Shown here: one piece after another, positions 43,331 through 47,542 of the stretch
How the letters are laid out: each line of letters starts with the position of its first letter
Position numbering within the stretch: position 1 is the first letter of the stretch
DNA from: Ruminococcus sp. UBA4350
GTDB taxonomy: Bacteria; Bacillota; Clostridia; Oscillospirales; Ruminococcaceae
Assembly: GCA_002394125.1 (NCBI GenBank)
Contig: DGSY01000021.1
Span: 1-47,542, forward strand
Reading direction: 5' to 3'
Length of the DNA stretch: 47,542 bases
The notes under the pieces: model-generated
Database searches by the model: none
What the model saw: the letters and a program-made list of their open reading frames with translations, nothing else
Told to the model about the DNA's origin: nothing
Made by a program: the position numbers and the translations under genes

Positions 43331-43419
43331 CCCCTATTTTGAAAAAAACGAAAATTTTTCTGAGAAAGATTCCTGCGGGCAAAATCCGCGGCAATTTCCT
43401 GTAAATTCGCTTCTGCCCC

Positions 43420-43448
43420 TTGCGGAGAGCGGAAAATTGTGTTATAAT
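43420..43448 (+). promoter_or_regulatory. Sigma-A promoter for the GNAT gene
   Basis: TTGCGG - 17 nt - TATAAT. Confidence 0.55.
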
Positions 43449-43482
43449 AATGCTGTATGCCAACCGGAAAGGAGATTCGGAT

Positions 43483-43959
43483 ATGGAGTATCAGCTCAGA
43501 GAAGCGGCGGCTTCGGATATCCCGGAGCTTTGCAGACTGCGGCTCGCCTATTTCGATGAGGAATTTGACAGCATCGAACCCGAAACGCTCAGCGCGATCC
43601 GGACATCGCTTCCGGAATATTTCGCGGCGCATCTCGGGAAGGACTGCTTTGTCTTTGCGGCGGCATCGCCGGAGGGCGGACTGCTTTCCAATGTCATTCT
43701 GGTCGTCAGCGAAAAGCCCGCGAATCCCTCGTTCCCGCACGGCCGCAGCGGTTATGTCCTCGGCGTATTTACGGAAGAATCCGCCCGCAGACAGGGCATC
43801 GCGTCCGCGCTGATGGAGATGCTGCTCGAAAAGGCGAAAGCGCTGAGACTCGATACCGTCACCCTCTCGGCCAGCGAAATGGGCAGGGGCATCTATGAAA
43901 AGCTCGGCTTTACCGTGAAGGAATCCCACTTCACCGAAATGGAGTGGTTTCCGTCCTGA
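43483..43959 (+). CDS. GNAT-family N-acetyltransferase
   Basis: ATG 43483 with AAGGAG RBS. Acetyl-CoA motif A RRQGIASALMEMLLEKAK and the tail GRGIYEKLGF. Confidence 0.85.
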   Translation: MEYQLREAAASDIPELCRLRLAYFDEEFDSIEPETLSAIRTSLPEYFAAHLGKDCFVFAAASPEGGLLSNVILVVSEKPANPSFPHGRSGYVLGVFTEESARRQGIASALMEMLLEKAKALRLDTVTLSASEMGRGIYEKLGFTVKESHFTEMEWFPS

Positions 43960-44013
43960 GCATACAGTTTTAATAAAGAGACTGCCATACAGAGAAAAGA
44001 AAGGATACACATT

Positions 44014-45024
44014 ATGGATATCGGAATTGACCTCGGAACCGCGAATATCATTATTACGAGGCGGCGGCGCGGCGTTGTGCTGAATGAGCCGTCGGTCATC
44101 GCATACAACAAGCACACGGAGCGCGTGGTCGCCGTCGGTGAGGAGGCCTACCGCATGGAGGGGCGCTCTCCGTCCTATATCGCGGTCGTGCATCCGGTGC
44201 AGGACGGCGTGATCTCCGATGATATTCTCACGCAGGCGCTGATCCGTGAGCTGATCGACGTTGTCGCCGGCTTCCATATCATCAAGCCGCGCATTATTAT
44301 CTGCGTCCCCTCGCTCATCACGGATGTCGAAAAGCGCGCAATTCTCGATGCTGCCATGAGCACCGGCTCGCGCAAGGTGCATCTGATCCAGGAGCCGCTT
44401 GCCGCACTGCTCGGCGCCGGTATCCCGATCAACCGGCCGGTCGGCCATATGGTCGTCGATATCGGCGGCGGCACGACGGATATCGCGGTCGTCTCGATGA
44501 ACGGCATTGTCACGGCGCGTTCGATCAAGGCCGCCGGAAACAAATTCGACCAGTCGATCATCCGCTATGTGCAGAATAAATATCAGATCCTTCTCGGCGC
44601 AAAATCCGCGGAGCAGGTCAAGATCTCCCTCTGCAATGTCTATAATCCGGCAGAGGATGTAATCGCGCAGGTCAAGGGGCGGAATATCTCCCGCGGCCTG
44701 CCCGATCAGTGCGACCTCAGCGAAGCGGAGCTTTCGGAGGCGCTGGAGGATGATGTCAACCTCATCGGCGAGACGATCCGCCGTGTTCTGGAGGATACCC
44801 CGCCGGAGCTGGTCGGCGATATCTGTCAGAACGGCATTCTGCTGACGGGCGGCGGTGCGCTGCTCGGCGGTCTGGAGCAATATCTGACGCGTATGCTCGG
44901 CGTTCCCTGCCGCACGGCAAAGGATCCGCTGACCTGTGTTGCCCGCGGAACGGAAAAAGCATTTGCACGGCGTGACATCCTGCTGGACGGCTTTGAGCGC
45001 ATTGATGCATATACACAGGAATGA
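44014..45024 (+). CDS. mreB: Rod-shape-determining actin homologue MreB/Mbl
   Basis: IGIDLGTANI, VVDIGGGTTDIAV, GILLTGGGALLGGL. Confidence 0.9.
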   Translation: MDIGIDLGTANIIITRRRRGVVLNEPSVIAYNKHTERVVAVGEEAYRMEGRSPSYIAVVHPVQDGVISDDILTQALIRELIDVVAGFHIIKPRIIICVPSLITDVEKRAILDAAMSTGSRKVHLIQEPLAALLGAGIPINRPVGHMVVDIGGGTTDIAVVSMNGIVTARSIKAAGNKFDQSIIRYVQNKYQILLGAKSAEQVKISLCNVYNPAEDVIAQVKGRNISRGLPDQCDLSEAELSEALEDDVNLIGETIRRVLEDTPPELVGDICQNGILLTGGGALLGGLEQYLTRMLGVPCRTAKDPLTCVARGTEKAFARRDILLDGFERIDAYTQE

Positions 45025-45060
45025 TCCGCCCGATGCTTGTCCGTTCAGGAGGATGCCCAC

Positions 45061-46425
45061 ATGAAAAAAAAACACCGTGAACCGATCGTGCTCTCGCAGA
45101 TGCGGCCGGGTACGCTCTTTCTTGTCTTGAGCGGATGCATCGCATTCGCATTCGCCCTGCATTACATCAGCGATGTTGCGGGCTTTTTCCGGAAGATCCT
45201 TTCCGCACTCGGCCCCGTATTTGTCGGCGCAGTCTTTGCATATCTGCTTGCACCGGCGGAGGCTATGGTCGAAAGGCGCGTCCGGAAATGGTTCGCAAAG
45301 CCGCTTGCGAAGCATCCGAAGCTCGATCATCTCCCGCGCAGCATTTGCTCGTTCCTTGTCGTGCTGCTGCTCGTCGGTTCGTTCTCGGTGCTGGTCATCG
45401 CGACCTTTTCGCAGGTCGTGGACGGCCTCACCCGCGTCATAGATCAGGTTCCGCATTATTTCGATCAGGTTGTGGCGTATTTTGAAAAGCTGCTCCGTGA
45501 GGATAATTCCTTTGCGAAATATCTCTCCGAGCTGCAAAAGCGTTTCTCGCTGACCGATCTCGGCATGGGCAATGCCGATACCGCCGCAATCTCGCAGAAG
45601 ATCCTCTCGGTGGCGGCCTCCGGCGCGACCGGAACGCTCGGCGTTGTCTATAATATCGTTGTCGGCTTTATCATCACGGTCTATCTGCTCATCAGCCGCG
45701 ACCGCTTCATCCGGCAGTGGAAGCAGATCCTCTATGCCGTCTGCAAGCCCAAGACCGCGAACTGGATCGACAGGCAGATGGTTTCCGCGAACCAGACCTT
45801 CGGTACGGCAGCGATCGGAAAATTCATCGACTCCGTGCTGGTCGGCGCTCTCTGCTATATCGGCGTCAAGATCATCGGTACGCCCTATGCCGCGCTGATC
45901 GCGGTCGTGATCGGCGTCACGAATATGATCCCCTATTTCGGCCCGATCCTCGGCGCACTGCCCTGCGCCCTGCTCATTCTGATGGAAGATCCGCCGAAGA
46001 CGGTGTATTTCCTGATCTTCATTTTCGTTTTGCAGCAGTTTGACATGAATATCCTTGATCCGAAGATCGTCGGCAAGTCGATCGGTCTGCCGGCATTCTG
46101 GGAGCTGTTCGCCTGTCTGCTCGGCGGCGGACTGTTCGGAGTGCTCGGACTGGTCATCGGTGTTCCGCTTTTTGCGGTGGTCTATACGCTGATCCGTCAG
46201 TTCGTACATGAGCGGCTGGAGGAACGCGCAAAGGACGGCGAGCTGACCGAGGAATTCCTCACGGAGCAGCTCGGCATCACCGGGCCGGTGCAGGAATCCG
46301 GTTTCTTTGAGGACACCAGCACACCGTATATCCAGCATCTGATTCTGCTGGAGGATATCGCGCAGAAGCCCGCAGAAAAGCCGAATATGCCGGAAATGCC
46401 CGATGCCGGAACAACGCAGTCATAA
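45061..46425 (+). CDS. AI-2E (PerM/YtvI-like) family transporter
   Basis: ATG 45061 with AGGAGG RBS. Polytopic membrane protein with the signature GVTNMIPYFGPILGALP. Confidence 0.8.
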   Translation: MKKKHREPIVLSQMRPGTLFLVLSGCIAFAFALHYISDVAGFFRKILSALGPVFVGAVFAYLLAPAEAMVERRVRKWFAKPLAKHPKLDHLPRSICSFLVVLLLVGSFSVLVIATFSQVVDGLTRVIDQVPHYFDQVVAYFEKLLREDNSFAKYLSELQKRFSLTDLGMGNADTAAISQKILSVAASGATGTLGVVYNIVVGFIITVYLLISRDRFIRQWKQILYAVCKPKTANWIDRQMVSANQTFGTAAIGKFIDSVLVGALCYIGVKIIGTPYAALIAVVIGVTNMIPYFGPILGALPCALLILMEDPPKTVYFLIFIFVLQQFDMNILDPKIVGKSIGLPAFWELFACLLGGGLFGVLGLVIGVPLFAVVYTLIRQFVHERLEERAKDGELTEEFLTEQLGITGPVQESGFFEDTSTPYIQHLILLEDIAQKPAEKPNMPEMPDAGTTQS

Positions 46426-46430
46426 AGAAC

Positions 46431-46463
46431 GCACCGCAGCAAACACGCTGCGGTGCGTTTTTA
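46431..46463 (+). terminator. Intrinsic terminator after the AI-2E transporter gene
   Basis: GCACCGCAGC-AAACAC-GCTGCGGTGC is a perfect 10-bp stem, followed by GTTTTTAT. Confidence 0.8.
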
Positions 46464-46653
46464 TCTGAAAGCGGCAGTCACGCAGCCCCCGAACCGAAAG
46501 CTCCTCTCCGGGCGCGCATGACTGCGGATTCTTTCTGCCGCTTTTCATACTGCCACTTTCCGTTCTCGCGGAGTGCGGGATCACCGCCTGACAGTATTAT
46601 ATGCAGCATTTCCGAAAATGCGACAGGAAATCTTTTCCTGCGGCTGCGAAAGC

Positions 46654-47469
46654 TCAGGGGATATTCAGGAACTCCTTCGCATTGCGCGCAAAGAGCCGCT
46701 GATATTCCTCGAATGTAAAGCCGAGGGAGAGCAGGCGCTCCGCCTCCTGCTTCGGATCCCACATCGGGAAATCCGTGCCGAACATACAACGCTCGACACC
46801 GTAATGCCGGATCAGCCGGATCGCGCGCTCCGGAGACATCAGGCAGACCGCGCTGCTCGTATCGAAGCGGATATTGTCGCTGCCGCGCAGCACCGCCTCG
46901 GCCTCATCCCATGCCGCAAAGCCGCCGAGATGTGAAGCGAGAACCTTCAGCTTCGGGAAATCGCGCATGACCTTGACGAGCATGGTCGGATGCGAATAAT
47001 CGTGGCGGTAGTCGCCCATATGCACCAGCACGGGCAGTCTGCCCTCGATCGCTTCATAGATGCGGTAGGATTTCGGGCTGTCGAGCGCGGTCTTCTGGAA
47101 ATCGGAGTGCAGCTTGACGCCGTGCAGACCGAGGGAGATGATGCGGTCAACCTCGCCGGCGATATCCTCATAATCGCCGTGCAGCGATGCAAAGCCGTAA
47201 AGCTCCGGATGCTTGCCGCATTCCTCCGAGATAAAATCATTGATCGAAACGACCTGCTTCGGGGTAGTCGCGACCGAGCAGACCAGAGAACGCTTTGTGC
47301 CGATCTGCGCTTCCGATTGCAGCAGGCGCTCTGTTTCGCCGACGGAATGCGCCATGCCGATATCGTAAAATTTGCCGATCGAGAGCGTTGCTTTTTCGCT
47401 GATCTTGTGCGGGAAGATATGCGCGTGCATATCAATGATCTCGAAATCCTGCGGGGTGAACTGTTCCAT
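46654..47469 (-). CDS. Amidohydrolase-2 (TIM-barrel metal-dependent hydrolase) family protein
   Basis: IIDMHAHIFP metal-binding start, VKLHSDFQ, VLVHMGD, FGTDFPMWD. The start is either ATG 47469 (GGAAG 10 nt upstream) or ATG 47490. Confidence 0.75.
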   Translation of the reverse strand: MEQFTPQDFEIIDMHAHIFPHKISEKATLSIGKFYDIGMAHSVGETERLLQSEAQIGTKRSLVCSVATTPKQVVSINDFISEECGKHPELYGFASLHGDYEDIAGEVDRIISLGLHGVKLHSDFQKTALDSPKSYRIYEAIEGRLPVLVHMGDYRHDYSHPTMLVKVMRDFPKLKVLASHLGGFAAWDEAEAVLRGSDNIRFDTSSAVCLMSPERAIRLIRHYGVERCMFGTDFPMWDPKQEAERLLSLGFTFEEYQRLFARNAKEFLNIP

Positions 47470-47495
47470 TTTCGGGTTACTTCCTTTCATTATTT

Positions 47496-47542
47496 GGGCG
47501 GGCAGTGCCCGCTGCCATTTCCCTACGGGCGGGCAGTGCCCG
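47496..47542 (+). repeat. Tandem copies of a GGGCGGGCAGTGCCCG hairpin motif (window edge)
   Basis: GGGCGGGCAGTGCCCG occurs at 47496-47511 and 47527-47542, and each contains the CGGGCA-G-TGCCCG palindrome. Related GGCAGTGCC/CAGTGCCT strings occur at about 38-50 and 7531-7548 (reverse strand). Confidence 0.6.

Noticed and set aside
43327-46338. 1003-aa minus-strand ORF spanning the GNAT, mreB and AI-2E transporter region
   Set aside because: It is antisense to three plus-strand genes that have clear family motifs and RBSs. Its product is low-complexity and rich in Arg/Asp/Ala/Gly. Long antisense open frames like this are expected in high-GC DNA.
46466-46653. Terminator for the amidohydrolase gene (CAGGAAA-AGA-TTTCCTG at 46624-46640)
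   Set aside because: The stem is only 7 bp and the T-run is short and displaced by 5 nt. This is too weak to list as a feature.
1-47542. CRISPR arrays, IS elements, integrases, prophage structural genes
   Set aside because: I found no regularly spaced direct repeats and no transposase, recombinase or phage-like ORFs in any frame. The only mobile-like features are the short non-coding repeats reported above.

Overview
GC-rich chromosomal segment that reads like a Clostridia genome, probably Oscillospiraceae/Ruminococcus-like. This placement is an inference from spoVAC, a YlbF-family gene, a dockerin-bearing secreted protein and the miaB-mutS-mutL arrangement. I support about 46 protein genes, one tRNA-Val(GAC), several consensus sigma-A promoters (TTGACA/TTGCAA-17-TATAAT) and intrinsic terminators. 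I saw no rRNA, CRISPR array, transposase or integrase. Most genes are housekeeping: folD, lgt, upp, ogt, ychF, queA, mutS, mutL, nfi, miaB, mltG, mreB, a U32 peptidase and the TIGR03960/TIGR03936 radical-SAM pair. Many long ORFs in the six-frame track are antisense shadows of real genes, as expected in high-GC DNA, and were discarded.

Observations worth a second look:
1. A promoter-equipped two-gene module (18612-20423) encodes a tail-anchored beta-sandwich protein plus a cytoplasmic TIR + BspA-type LRR protein. It sits directly upstream of ychF and is my best candidate for an undescribed TIR-based sensing/defence system.
2. Three polymorphic-toxin immunity-type genes (SUFU-like, Imm7-like and a small acidic ORF) are embedded in the mismatch-repair operon with no toxin gene nearby.
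3. A roughly 200-nt minus-strand RNA with a consensus promoter and terminator lies antisense to a 44-codon ORF that has a perfect SD. The layout resembles a type I toxin-antitoxin locus.
4. A roughly 0.6-kb low-GC islet carries an orphan XRE regulator.
5. A 166-bp element has perfect 20-bp terminal inverted repeats.
6. Several dispersed intergenic repeat families are present.
7. A dockerin-LRR-papain-like protein is coupled to a tandem ThyX-like gene.

All family assignments come from motif recognition by eye and need HMM or structure confirmation.
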